A DNA stretch of 64,000 nt from Carpediemonas membranifera BICM. Its lineage: Eukaryota; Protista; Fornicata. The notes beneath the pieces were generated by a model. That model saw only the letters and a program-made list of their open reading frames with translations, was not told the DNA's origin and did not search any database. The translations under genes and the position numbers were made by a program. The stretch spans positions 186,001 to 250,000 of the forward strand of contig JAHDYR010000069.1 of assembly GCA_019828565.1 (NCBI GenBank). Direction: 5' to 3'. Below, piece after piece: positions 49,765 through 60,476 of this stretch; the stretch's first letter is position 1; every line of letters begins with the position of its first letter.

Positions 49765-50609
49765 GGTGGAGAGGGTTAGTTGGGTGTTGATAAAGTTTGA
49801 TTTTTATAATGGGGGTTTGGCGCATTGCAGGGAGGTCCCTCAATTCAGCAGCTTCTGCGACGCGAGTCCTCTCCATGGAGGCCGATAAAGGTGTCAGCCT
49901 TGTTTGCAGGACAGCACAGCTCCTGCTCGCATATGACACCAGGACCCACCATGAACGAGACCGGCCAGTGTAGTCGGCTAACTCTGTCCATCTGCACGAG
50001 TCGACTCGAGCAGTTATCGGTGAAATGTGCATCAAGTAAAGGTGTGGTTTGAGTGTTGTCTATTTCTTTTACTACTCAGTCCCGGCGTCTATGTTGACTT
50101 GGGCGTTCACCCGGGGCTTCAGGGCCGCTGCACGCTCAACCATTTCAGGCACACCATCTGACACCGTCGACACCATGAACCACTGGCCGGTGGAGTCGTA
50201 GAATGAGTCAGCGCAGGAACGGCCTCTCGCGAATCGGATCGCAAGGGCTTTCGCCTCAAATGACCTGTGTCGAGAGTGCGTTTATATGGGAACCTCTCGG
50301 GGAAGCGGAGCGGGACTGAGGCACTTGTCGTGCATGCGGTATCCAGGCAGCTGGCGACCACTGAGGAAGACGTTGAAGGAGCTGTCTGCGATGATTCGGT
50401 CGACCCAGAAGGGCAGCTCCATAAATCCATGCATCGCCTCTCGTTCGATCTCATTCTGATGCCCGAGCCCCAGCGCTCGCCAGCGATCTCAATTCTTATC
50501 TCGTCTCGCGTCTTTTATATACATAAGCCATTGTAGTGACTATAAACGGCCAGCAGAGACTAGCCATTCCTCCGGGAGGATCTCGCACAGGAGAGTTTAT
50601 CTATATGCT

Positions 50610-52075
50610 CTAAAAATCGTCCGAGTCCTCGCCGCTCATCGGCGGGAGCTTGCTGTCCGCCCGCCCCCTATGCTTGCGGGACCCCATCGTAAAAGCCTTC
50701 TGCATCATCGCCACGCTCTCCTTTCGCCGCTGCAGGATGAGCTTCAACCCCTTCTGCCCGTTCGCGGCGTAGTGCGTCGTGTCGATGAGGTCGGACGGGA
50801 TGTTTTCGAGCACATCATTGAAGAACGAATGGAAGTCAAGGACGTCGCCGCTGTTGCGACGGAACTCCGCAATGAACCGGTTGTCCGTGATCCGGAAGAC
50901 CTGCACGCTGATCTGTAGGATCCCGTTCATCGTCGGCGCCGACACCCTCATCTTGAACGTTGGCTCGTGTATCTGGCAGTTCGCCTTCAGTCTTTGGAGC
51001 ACAGGCAGCAGCGCCTCGAGGATCTGGAGCGGTGCATAGTGCGATACGAAGCACGTGGCCCTGAATATCCCCAGGCCCTTCTCCTCCACGTCCCGGTTGA
51101 GCATCGGCGTGAGGTTAAGGGCCCCGCTGAGGCCAATGACGTCAAACGCCGTGATGTCGGGCGGGGCATGCACCTTCTCACCCTCTGCCTCCGTGTACGT
51201 CTTGCTCACCTGCTTCGGCTTGGTGGGCGAGGGGCAGCGGCTCTCGCTGTCGACCAGCATCCATGGGTGGGCCAGGATGTCGGGGATCGTGATCCGCTGG
51301 GCAACGTCGGGGTTGATCATCTTGGAAATGAGGTCTCTGGCGTCCTCGCTGAACCATGAGGGGCAGTTGTACCGTGCTTCTACGATGTTTCTGATGAGTG
51401 TCTGCTGCGAGGGGTCTTCAAACGGCATGAACCCCGCGAGCATGACGTACAGAATCACTCCGACAGACCATATGTCCGCACGCTTGCCGTCGTACGGCTG
51501 GGAGCGAAGGATCTCGGGGGCGATGTAGTTTGGGGTACCGCAGACCGTCTTAAGCATACGGGCGGCGTCCTCGGAGGCAAGACCAAAGTCGGAGATCTTC
51601 AGGTCGCCGTCTGCGTTGAGTAGCAGGTTCTCAGGCTTGAGGTCGCGGTGGGCGATGCCCTTCTTGTGCATGTAGTCGAGCCCACTGACGAGCTGATGGA
51701 GGAACATGCGGCCGGTGCTCTCCGAGAACTTGCCGCTGGTAGCAAGGCGCTCGAACAGCTCTCCACCAGTGATTAGCTCCATGACTAGGAAGATTTTGGT
51801 CTTGGACGTGAGTACGTCGTGAAGACGGACGATGGAATCGTGATTCAGCGCTTTGAGAACACGGATCTCCTTCTTGATCTGTGCAGACATGTTAGCCCTC
51901 GATAGCCGTTGCCTGTCAAGGATTTTGATGGCAACCGCCTCCCCAGTCACGGTATTGACGCCGTATTTGACCCTGTGTTAGCGAACAAGCGCAAGACACA
52001 CTTCCCGAATGCGCCACTCCCAATTGTACGGCCCACTTCATATTTGTCGATTCGCTTGCGAATCTCCTGGCTCAT
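50610..52075 (-). CDS. SNF1-related CIPK-like Ser/Thr kinase with NAF-like domain (exons 52075-52002, 51972-50610)
   Basis: Splicing restores YEVGRTIGSGAFGKVKYG. Also HRDLKPEN, DFG, TVCGTPNYIAPE, YDGKRADIWS, and C-terminal ITAFDVIGLSGALNL and EFRRNSGDVLDFH. Confidence 0.9.
51973..52001 (-). other. Spliceosomal intron, 29 nt
   Basis: GTGTGT...GCTAACACAG; restores the kinase Gly-loop. Confidence 0.92.
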
Positions 52076-52317
52076 TGAGCGACTGCGAGGAGATTGGTTG
52101 TTCTGCTCCTGCCGATACATGATTTACGACGACCAATATAACTCGAAGAATAGTCGATTCAGACGTCACCAAGACTGTTAATGAGCACATTACACGCTCA
52201 GGGTGGGATGTGACTGACATCCGAGAAAACCATGCCAGTTCAAAGCATGGTTGGGGCTTTATCAGCCATTCATCAGCACTCCCTCTATTTATCCACCTAT
52301 CGCTCACATATCATACC

Positions 52318-53166
52318 CTACAGCACATCATCCGCCTCCGCCTGGACGAACAGCTTCCTACTAAGCTGGAAGCACTCAGCATCCACGACCTTGAGGATAT
52401 GCATGTCCCTGGCCTGCTCGAGCAGCTCGGGGTCCTTCGTCTGGAAGGCCATCAGCAGCTTATCGATGACCTGGCCCTCGTCGTTGCCAATATACTGGGC
52501 ATGCTCGGCGACCACGGAGTTGGCTGAGTCGAGGTCGCCCCGCTTGAGGTGGATGAGGACGAGGGCAAGGACGGACTTGGAGATGTTGTGGTTCTGTCTG
52601 ATTTGGCCGTAGACCTCGATGGCCTCGTTGAACGTCTCGATCGCCTGGTCGTACTCGCCGTGCTTCATGAAGAGCAGCGCCGCCTTCTTGAGGAACTGGA
52701 TGCCGGACTTCAGCCTGTCCTCGACCTTCATGATCTCGAAGGCGTCGAGGAGGATGCCCGTGGCGGCGTCGAGGTTGGACGGGGCGATATGCTCGGCCAC
52801 ACGGGAATAAACGTCCGCGGCGGCATCGTGGCGGCCGTCAGACCTGTAGCAGTCGACAGCACGCTCGCCCATGGACTTCAGCTGGGGCACCATGGTGGCA
52901 ATGGCGTCGGGGGTGGCACGGACCTTGGCCTCAATGGCGTTCGACACCGCTGAGCCGGCCATGAAGAGCTGGTCTTCGCCCTCGTAGCAGTCAGCAAGCA
53001 TGGAGTAGCACACAGCGAGAGATGCGAAGTCCTTCGCGCGTTTGAACTCGATTTCAGCCTTTTTGAGGTCCTGGATGGCACCTGGATAGTCCCGCTTGCC
53101 TAGGATTGGGAGACCCTTCTTCATTTTCTTCTGGGCAGATTTTAAGAGCTTATCAGCGTTGGCCAT
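52318..53166 (-). CDS. NAPG: Gamma-SNAP-like NSF attachment protein
   Basis: A.K.MKKG....K.DY..A...KKA...FK, TPR-like helices, LVLIHLKRGD..SA and LLMAF..KDPE. Confidence 0.8.
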   Translation of the reverse strand: MANADKLLKSAQKKMKKGLPILGKRDYPGAIQDLKKAEIEFKRAKDFASLAVCYSMLADCYEGEDQLFMAGSAVSNAIEAKVRATPDAIATMVPQLKSMGERAVDCYRSDGRHDAAADVYSRVAEHIAPSNLDAATGILLDAFEIMKVEDRLKSGIQFLKKAALLFMKHGEYDQAIETFNEAIEVYGQIRQNHNISKSVLALVLIHLKRGDLDSANSVVAEHAQYIGNDEGQVIDKLLMAFQTKDPELLEQARDMHILKVVDAECFQLSRKLFVQAEADDVL

Positions 53167-53562
53167 TGAGTTATGAGAATGTGCTGCGCAGGATTAGAAT
53201 TGTTGAGTCTAAACCTCATGTCCGCTACCCTTCTGGTGTACGACAGGTGGGCCGTCAGACTGAACCTGTTCAGTCCTCTGGAGTTCATCCCGGGGGGTCG
53301 ACAGCCTAAGTCACCTTTACATGAATCCTCCACATAAACCCTCTAAATACCACAGAGAGCGTACTGTTAAAATGCACCGTATCATGCTGAAGTCTGCTAT
53401 AGATGATTGAGAGTTACTTTACTGCTTGCACTGTGCACTCTATGATACTTCACATGCCCACACTCAGCTCCGCTTGTATCCCGCTGCAACCCCTCCCCCA
53501 CAGACATCATCACCGATCGCTCTCACCAGTTCCCTAGTATGCTCCATTTACAGCCCCAACGG

Positions 53563-55419
53563 CTACTCCTCCGGGAAGTAGTTCCACACGCATATCTCGC
53601 CGTCCTGCCCCACGGAGACCAACTGTCTGCCGTCTGCCGTCCATCTTACATCGTTACACTTCGTAACATGGGCACTAAACGCGCCATCAATAAACGCCCG
53701 GCGCTTCAAGTCATAGAAGAAGATAGCAGGGCCATCGGTGGCCAAGGCAAGCACAGACCCAGCGCCATCAGTTGCAGCAGCGGCCACAGGCGTGTTCTGC
53801 AGTGGAATCTGGAACACATCAGTGGGCTCGGGCAGGTCGAAGTCTTGAATCACCACACGGCCCGCAGCAGTGCATGTTACGAGCTCCCTCTCACCGCTAG
53901 GAAGCTGCAGCAGGGTGTTCGTGTGCTGTGAGACCGAGGGGAAGTGCTTAATCCGCTTGTTGGCACGGACATCGATGACGACAACACCGGTACCAGAAGC
54001 CGTGTGGAGGATATGCGGGACAACCACGTCACACGCGAGACCGGTGACCGGCCCCTGGTGTACCGCGTGTTGTGTCGTAAACTGCAGTGTGCGAAGTGTC
54101 CATAGTCTGACAACGCTGTCGGCACCGCCAGTAGCCACCATGAGGTCGTTGACAGCAATGCTCGTGATGCCGCCCCTGTGAGTGTTCGGCACATGCTGGA
54201 GCCGAGTGAGCGTCCGGCCATCGATGGCGTGGGTGAAGAGAGAGCCGTCAGCCCAGCCGCTATAGAGGACCCCGGCGTGGGCGAAGACGGCTGTTCCGGC
54301 GGCATCGACGAGTTTGATGCGTTGGAGGAGGGTGTAATCAACGAGCGACCACACGAAGATCTCGCCGGCCGAGGTGAGTGTGTAGACAGTCTCGCTGTCG
54401 TCACCAGCGCAGAGGGCAGTGACAGAAGCGGTCGAGTGGTTAGCTAAGACCGTGATTGTGCCAGATGTCAGCTCGACAGCAGACATCGTCCCGTCAGCAC
54501 CCGCAATAAGTAGCTTGTCTCCATGAAGGGCAGAGGAGTAGATGGAGGGGCCCTTGCACACCGGGTTGACTCGCCACGTCTGGTCAGAGCCGATCAGTCG
54601 GGTGACTTGACCGTCAATACCGACAGAGATGACATCATCCTCTGCCTCGCGTGCATACACACCTTGGACGGGAGATCCGACCGATTCATAAGCACGGAAT
54701 ACTCTTTCTCGGATGTTTGCGATCGCGACTTCTCCGGCATGGGTTCCGGCAAGTAAAAAAGTGCCGGAAGGATCGACCACGCCGCACGTGTAAGTACGGA
54801 CCAGACCCGTGCTGGGCATGGCCATGGCCTCTGTCTGCAGTGTGTAGGCGAGGGCACCTCTGTCGTAAGTCATCGTGTGCGCGCATAAAGTGCGATTTTG
54901 AGCAGACACGAGGTAGTATGTGGGTCTACGACGGCGGGAGACGGGGGCCCATGCGACAAAGGAGTGGGCACCGGGCACGGTATCGACATGTCTTCCGGTC
55001 TCCAGTGACCAGACCGAGAGCTTGGTCTGGGACCCGCATGTGGCAATAAACTCTTCGTCGGAGGAGAACTGGGCGTCGGAGACACCGTCGGGGTGGCATT
55101 CGATCTTGAAGAGGATCTCGCGTGTGTCTGTTTCCCAGACAATAACGTAGCAGCGGTTGTAATCGTCGGAAAGCTGGCCGGTGACGAAAAGCTGGCCGGA
55201 GGGGGAGGTTCTGATCACAGAGATGGGCGCAGTGTGGCCTGTGAGGAGGACCTGATCGTGGGCGTCGTTCAGTTGAGAGATGACGACCTTTTTGCCCACA
55301 GAATGGACGACCTCATCGGGTTTAGCAGGATTCACTGCCATCAGGCGCGTGTTGGTGCAGCCACTGAGCCCGATGATGTGCTCGAGCTCAATGGGAAGTA
55401 GATCCTTTTCCGTTGACAT
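53563..55419 (-). CDS. CFAP52: WD40 flagellar protein, CFAP52/WDR16-like
   Basis: IELEHIIG.SG start, QVLLTGH, double WD propeller of 618 aa, ending LVSVGQDGEICVW. Confidence 0.7.
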   Translation of the reverse strand: MSTEKDLLPIELEHIIGLSGCTNTRLMAVNPAKPDEVVHSVGKKVVISQLNDAHDQVLLTGHTAPISVIRTSPSGQLFVTGQLSDDYNRCYVIVWETDTREILFKIECHPDGVSDAQFSSDEEFIATCGSQTKLSVWSLETGRHVDTVPGAHSFVAWAPVSRRRRPTYYLVSAQNRTLCAHTMTYDRGALAYTLQTEAMAMPSTGLVRTYTCGVVDPSGTFLLAGTHAGEVAIANIRERVFRAYESVGSPVQGVYAREAEDDVISVGIDGQVTRLIGSDQTWRVNPVCKGPSIYSSALHGDKLLIAGADGTMSAVELTSGTITVLANHSTASVTALCAGDDSETVYTLTSAGEIFVWSLVDYTLLQRIKLVDAAGTAVFAHAGVLYSGWADGSLFTHAIDGRTLTRLQHVPNTHRGGITSIAVNDLMVATGGADSVVRLWTLRTLQFTTQHAVHQGPVTGLACDVVVPHILHTASGTGVVVIDVRANKRIKHFPSVSQHTNTLLQLPSGERELVTCTAAGRVVIQDFDLPEPTDVFQIPLQNTPVAAAATDGAGSVLALATDGPAIFFYDLKRRAFIDGAFSAHVTKCNDVRWTADGRQLVSVGQDGEICVWNYFPEE

Positions 55420-55656
55420 TTGCTCGTGTGAGTTTCGAGATTTCTGGATTTTGATGAAGGGTTAAAGTGCACTTTGTCGAACAGAGCAGTACTCAACCAG
55501 AGCATGCGGCGCTTAGACAGAAGCAGCGCTATTAGCTCATTTCTCAGCCTTGCCATCCGAACGAAAATGTTGAATGCGAGCCAGACCTACTCTCTCTCCA
55601 AGTCTCCAAGAAGGGTCTATTCTTTATACAGTCATACATGGCTACTACGGAGCTGC

Positions 55657-55968
55657 CTACCCCAGATAGTGGAAGCAAACACCGATCAGGACGACAGCAG
55701 CGAAGACAAACTCGAGGAACGGCTTCCGGGGGATGCCCTTGTCCATGTGTGCAGCGGATTGGAGTCTGAGGTTGATGAGAAGCGTAGCCATGCCTACAGA
55801 CGCAAAGACAGCGGCGAGGAAAGAGTAATACGGGTACTTGCCAACGAGGAAGACATATCCGAAGAGAATACAAAGATTCAGCATGCATGCGGCGATAAAA
55901 CAGTCAATACCCTTCAAATAGGCGCTAGTGTGCCCATAGTCTACGACAAGTTCCTTGATTATTCCCAT
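55657..55968 (-). CDS. DAD1: Oligosaccharyltransferase subunit DAD1/OST2
   Basis: LKGIDCF, LVGKYPYYSFLA, VG...L.INLRLQ, FLEFVFA and HYLG end. Confidence 0.9.
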   Translation of the reverse strand: MGIIKELVVDYGHTSAYLKGIDCFIAACMLNLCILFGYVFLVGKYPYYSFLAAVFASVGMATLLINLRLQSAAHMDKGIPRKPFLEFVFAAVVLIGVCFHYLG

Positions 55969-56527
55969 AGCAGGCTTAAGTGACGAGACACGGCGGCGAC
56001 AAGACTAAACCTGCACCTCCTGAATGAGAGGAAGAGAAGGCCCGCTCAAGCACAACTACGCCATCACAGAGCCTTACAAGGCTGGTCCAGCTCATTTGTA
56101 CCGCTGTCTTGGCCATCCTCCTGACAGGCGGGCCGTCGTCTCGACATGATATGCTGCAAGGAGACCAGTGGAGCTGGAACAGTAGAACTGGTCATTATCA
56201 CTACACAACGACGAGCGCGACGAGGGACTGGGCCAGGTGGGTGGCTGAATTTCGCTCCAAGATGACCTTCGAGGGATTGGGCGGAAGCGAGGTTTCGCTG
56301 GGAAATGGTCGCAATTGAACGCATACGCGCTCCTAGACATCGCACACGGTCTTCCGCTCGTCGTTTACAGTTGATTCATTGACATTTGCTCACATTGATG
56401 TGGGCGGACAAGAGAAATTCGGCGCTGGCACTCGATCTAGGCCTCTCTAAGGCCTTGAAGAGCTTCTGATGCAGTAAATGAACACCGTTAGTGTATTGGC
56501 ACGAACAACAGGGCAATTTATCACGGA

Positions 56528-56797
56528 TTATCCAGACTTGAAGAGGAGGATGGCGGTCTGGCCAAGATAGAAGTAGATGAAGCGCTTGCTCTCGTGAGTG
56601 ACATAGGAACCGAAGTTCTTGCCACAGATGCAGTGCCAGGTGGGGTTGTACTTCTTATCGAACTCCTTCTTGATGTAGGCGGCGATGTCCTTCTCAATGT
56701 TGAACTTCTCCATGGCCTGGAGAGCGCAATCGATAGCATCCTGCTGCATGTCCTCAGACATATCAGAGTTCTTGATGGTAGCCTTTCTATCAGCCAT
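56528..56797 (-). CDS. DYNLL1: Dynein light chain LC8
   Basis: Near-canonical 89-aa LC8: [53 protein letters not shown]. Confidence 0.98.
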   Translation of the reverse strand: MADRKATIKNSDMSEDMQQDAIDCALQAMEKFNIEKDIAAYIKKEFDKKYNPTWHCICGKNFGSYVTHESKRFIYFYLGQTAILLFKSG

Positions 56798-57695
56798 TTT
56801 CAGCCTCTTTCGGGTCTAAGCAAATTTGTGATGACTCGAAGCTGAAGTCAGAAATTCTCGTTAACGCGCGCGCAAAAATCTCACGGCGAATTGGGCAAAA
56901 AGTGCCTGTATGAGGCTGCCCAGGATGCTCTGTCAGCTTATATTAAATCACCTCATCATCCCATGTTCATTTGTGTCCAGATACATTTGCAATGATCTGT
57001 GAGAAATCATCAATAAGTCGACCCAGCGGATGAGATTAAGATGCAGAGAGTCGTTACAAAGAGTCAATGTTTAAAGCACTCACCCGCAAACCAGTTGCTG
57101 CAAATAACATGGTCGCAAGCAACGTGAGTCCTCAGGTTCGGGTTGTCAACCAAATTGCGGGCGGGTTAGCGTTGGAGTAGCAGTTGCAGAGTTGTAGTGA
57201 AATGCATTATCATATCAGTCAGGGAGCATTTGGCCTCACGTCACTCAGTCTGGGACTCAAGACTCGAACTCGCCGAGGACTTCGGGGATGAGGGAGGCAG
57301 AGGCGCTGACGCATCGGTTCTTGAGCAATAGCTCGGGTTCGACGCGGCTCCATCGGTGTGGAAAAGCACGGGCTAATGCAGAGTATGGGACACGGAAAGA
57401 ATGCAATGGTACACACGGTCTTGACGCCCATATTCAACTAATCTTGCCTAGATATGCAAAAAGATGCAAATTCATGGAGATAGGTTCACGGAACAAGACA
57501 ATCAGCTCATGGCATGCTCTCTGCAAGAAAAAATTATCACGCCTCTCTCTGACAACCCCGGACGAAATTTAACAACTTCTCGACACAGGATTCACGGAAT
57601 AGGAGGCAATTGAGCGCGTGTTGACCACATCGCAGTGGTCAATTGAAGTCAACGTGCTGTCGCGGGCTGCGTGAAAAAAGCTAGAGCTTGAACTG

Positions 57696-58503
57696 ATGCC
57701 CTTCCACATCAAGGCTAACCCCGAGGATATTGCCCCTATCGTCTTCCTTCCCGGTGATCCGGACAGAGCCAAGTACATCGCCGAGAACTTCTTTGAGGAT
57801 GCTGTTTGTCTACTTTTTGTCATTTCGCCTCACACAGAAGTGCTACAACACTTACCGCCACCTCTACGGCTACACTGGCATGTACAAGGGCCACCGCGTC
57901 AGCATCCAGACCACTGGCATGGGCTGCCCCTCTGCTTCCATCGTCGTGAACGAGCTCATCCAGCTCGGCGCCAAGGTCCTCATCCGCATCGGCACCGCCG
58001 GTATCGTCTCCCGCGACGTCCTCCCCGGTGACCTCATCATCGCCACCGGTTCCTGCCCCAACGAGGGCACCAGCACCCAGATGCTCCAGGGCGCCGCCTT
58101 CGCCCCCGTCGCCTCGTTCAACGTCGTCCAGGCCTGCAACGAGGTTGCCGTGAAGAGCCCCTTCAGCCGCACCAACATGGACGGCTCCACCGAGGAGGCT
58201 AAGGTCCACGTCGGCCTCATCCAGTCGGAGGACGCCTTCTACGCCACCAACAAGGGCCACGTCGCCGGCCTCGACAAGCTCGGCGTCCTTGCTGTTGAGA
58301 TGGAGGCCTCCGCCCTCTTCCTCCTCGGCAACCTCCACCGCGTCCAGAAGGGCTGCATCGTCGTTGCTTCCAACTATATCGAGGACGCCGCGGTCGTCCC
58401 CGACTTCCTGATGAAGCAGGCCGTAGACCACATGGCCACCGTGTCCCTCGACGCCGCCGTGCTTATGTACGAGCGCGGGCAAGACAAGCTTAAGACTTGC
58501 TAA
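57696..58503 (+). CDS. deoD: Purine nucleoside phosphorylase, hexameric bacterial DeoD type (exons 57696-57803, 57838-58503)
   Basis: [27 protein letters not shown]...TGMG.PSA.I...[15 protein letters not shown] and VEMEASA. Confidence 0.93.
57804..57837 (+). other. Spliceosomal intron, 34 nt
   Basis: GTTTGT...CTCACACAG; joins FFEDA to KCYNTYR. Confidence 0.92.
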
Positions 58504-58685
58504 TCGTTTATAAAGGCCGAGTCGCGCAATGGGGCATGTTGTTACCATTCGTCTGTTTCAATGCCACATCAGTTTACTCCAAGTCGACCCAGGCCCAGGT
58601 GACGAATGCCACTCAACAGTTTCAAGTGACAAACCCCGCCCGACGCCTTTACTCGCCTTTCATGTTAATATTATACACACAGCAC

Positions 58686-60284
58686 TCACCCGACCACGCC
58701 AAGCTTATAAACCTTGGCCTCACTCTCCGACCTGTGCTCCACCACGCCCATGCTCGGCGGGAGCTGGTCGGGCGGGGTGTCGTCGGGCATCGACGTCAGC
58801 ACCTCGCTCAGCCGACTCGCAATGGTGTTCAGCAGTGGCCGGTTAGTAACCTTGCTCGTCATGCTCTGGATGTGACGCACCACGGCGTTACGGTCGGGCA
58901 GGAGATACACGAAACAAAGTATATCGATCGCTGCCGCCCGGGCATCCGGGTCTGTTGAGGTCAGCAGCTGGGTCACGAAGGGATCGAGGACCTTCACACT
59001 CACGCTGTTGTTGGCGCCGTCGAGGGAAAGGGTGACGTCCTTGATCAGCTCGTAGACCAGGACGGCATGGTTGCCCCAAGCCTTTTGATTCTTCGTCTTC
59101 TTCAGATTTGATACGATTGGGAAAATATTGTGGACTCCGATGACTCCGGATAGGACCACAAGGATCAGCTCCATTGTGTCGCGTGCAATCTTCTGACGGT
59201 CGGCAAGGCGAGACGCGCACACTTCCACGACCGGCCGGAGTGTGCCAAGGTCAATCTCGTGCTCGATCAGGAGATCCAACACTGCGGTGAATGCCTCGTT
59301 GCTCTTGGTGACAATCTTGGCGTTGCTGTCCTTGAGCAGTCGTGCGAAGAGATACGACGTCGCTCTGGCACACTCTTCTGGGCGATCGACCACCCTGAGC
59401 TCGAACGCCTCGACGATCTGGGCGACCAGACCAAGCCTGTGCTTGGCCGACAGCAGACGCCGCACGAAGTCCTCGCCGAAGAAACCCTGCATAAACATGA
59501 CATCCTCTTTGTTCGACTCACGCGTGGGGATGGGTGGCGGCGCCTCGTCCTCCTCCTCCGCCTGGGGCTCGTCCTCGGCGTATTCTGCGATGGGTGGCCC
59601 CGACCCGCCTCCCACGGGCATGTCGTCGTGGGCGAGGCCGGTTGTGCCGGTAGGTGGGCCGTATATGGAGGCTGGGTTCGTCTTCGGCATGATCGGGGTA
59701 TCTTCTGTGATCCGCTTTGAGGCAAGGGGGTCAGACACTGCCGGGGCAGGCTGGGCTACTGGCTTGACTGGGGCTGGCGTGGGGCCGCGGGAAGGCACCT
59801 TGGGAGTCGGCTCCCGTACTGCCTCGTATACAGGCTCGGGCTCGTATGTCTCCCTCGCTTGGCTGGGCTGGGTCTGTCTGTCGTCCAACACCGGCGGGGG
59901 CGGGGTGGGGGTCCGGGCGGCAGGCTGCTGGACTGGCTCGGGTTCATCGACAACGGGGGTGGTCTGCACCTTGCTGAGGGAGACCAGCAGCTCCTCGTTG
60001 GGGCGAGAGAAGTAGTCAGAAATTTCTCGGGATGCAAGGTTCATCTCTTGGGCCGAATCGTAGTCCTCGTTGATGGTAGCAGCAACTTTCATCTCATGGA
60101 GACGCAAGAGGTTCTCTCCAAGTTCCTCCATCTTGATCAGCGCCCGTTTGCAGCGGTCTGCTGCAACGTAGTCCTCAATCTGCACACTTTCGACCTTCTT
60201 TGCTGTAAGCCAGTCTTTCAATTCTGCTATACGGTTCTTGTATCGCTCTTCTTGGGCTCGAAACTGCCCTGTAATCGAGACCAT
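58686..60284 (-). CDS. CEP104: CEP104-like protein (UVR-like coiled coil, Pro-rich linker, TOG/HEAT domain)
   Basis: K...V..EDY.AA..CK and L.EMK.AA...EDYD.A repeats, then HEAT repeats (LLKDSNAKIV, RLADRQKIARD, TDPDARAAA). Confidence 0.6.
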   Translation of the reverse strand: MVSITGQFRAQEERYKNRIAELKDWLTAKKVESVQIEDYVAADRCKRALIKMEELGENLLRLHEMKVAATINEDYDSAQEMNLASREISDYFSRPNEELLVSLSKVQTTPVVDEPEPVQQPAARTPTPPPPVLDDRQTQPSQARETYEPEPVYEAVREPTPKVPSRGPTPAPVKPVAQPAPAVSDPLASKRITEDTPIMPKTNPASIYGPPTGTTGLAHDDMPVGGGSGPPIAEYAEDEPQAEEEDEAPPPIPTRESNKEDVMFMQGFFGEDFVRRLLSAKHRLGLVAQIVEAFELRVVDRPEECARATSYLFARLLKDSNAKIVTKSNEAFTAVLDLLIEHEIDLGTLRPVVEVCASRLADRQKIARDTMELILVVLSGVIGVHNIFPIVSNLKKTKNQKAWGNHAVLVYELIKDVTLSLDGANNSVSVKVLDPFVTQLLTSTDPDARAAAIDILCFVYLLPDRNAVVRHIQSMTSKVTNRPLLNTIASRLSEVLTSMPDDTPPDQLPPSMGVVEHRSESEAKVYKLGVVG

Positions 60285-60476
60285 CGCGGTTCGTCCTCTT
60301 TCGCGCAGTTTACGGAAAACTCATTTACGTTCAAGTAAATGGCTGTTACCGTGAGAAACAGCATTGGCTTGATCGCGCATCAATGTTGTGTAACAAATCT
60401 CTGTACTTTAACGTCTAGCCGGCCATCAAGACCGACAGCGCCAGACTTGACCAGCTGCACTTCATACTCATTTGCT

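Noticed and set aside
56800-57690. Possible tRNA or other RNA genes in the larger spacers (also 24940-25720, 49770-50600)
   Set aside because: No cloverleaf or recognisable RNA motif found by eye. tRNAscan-SE or Infernal would be needed to exclude them.
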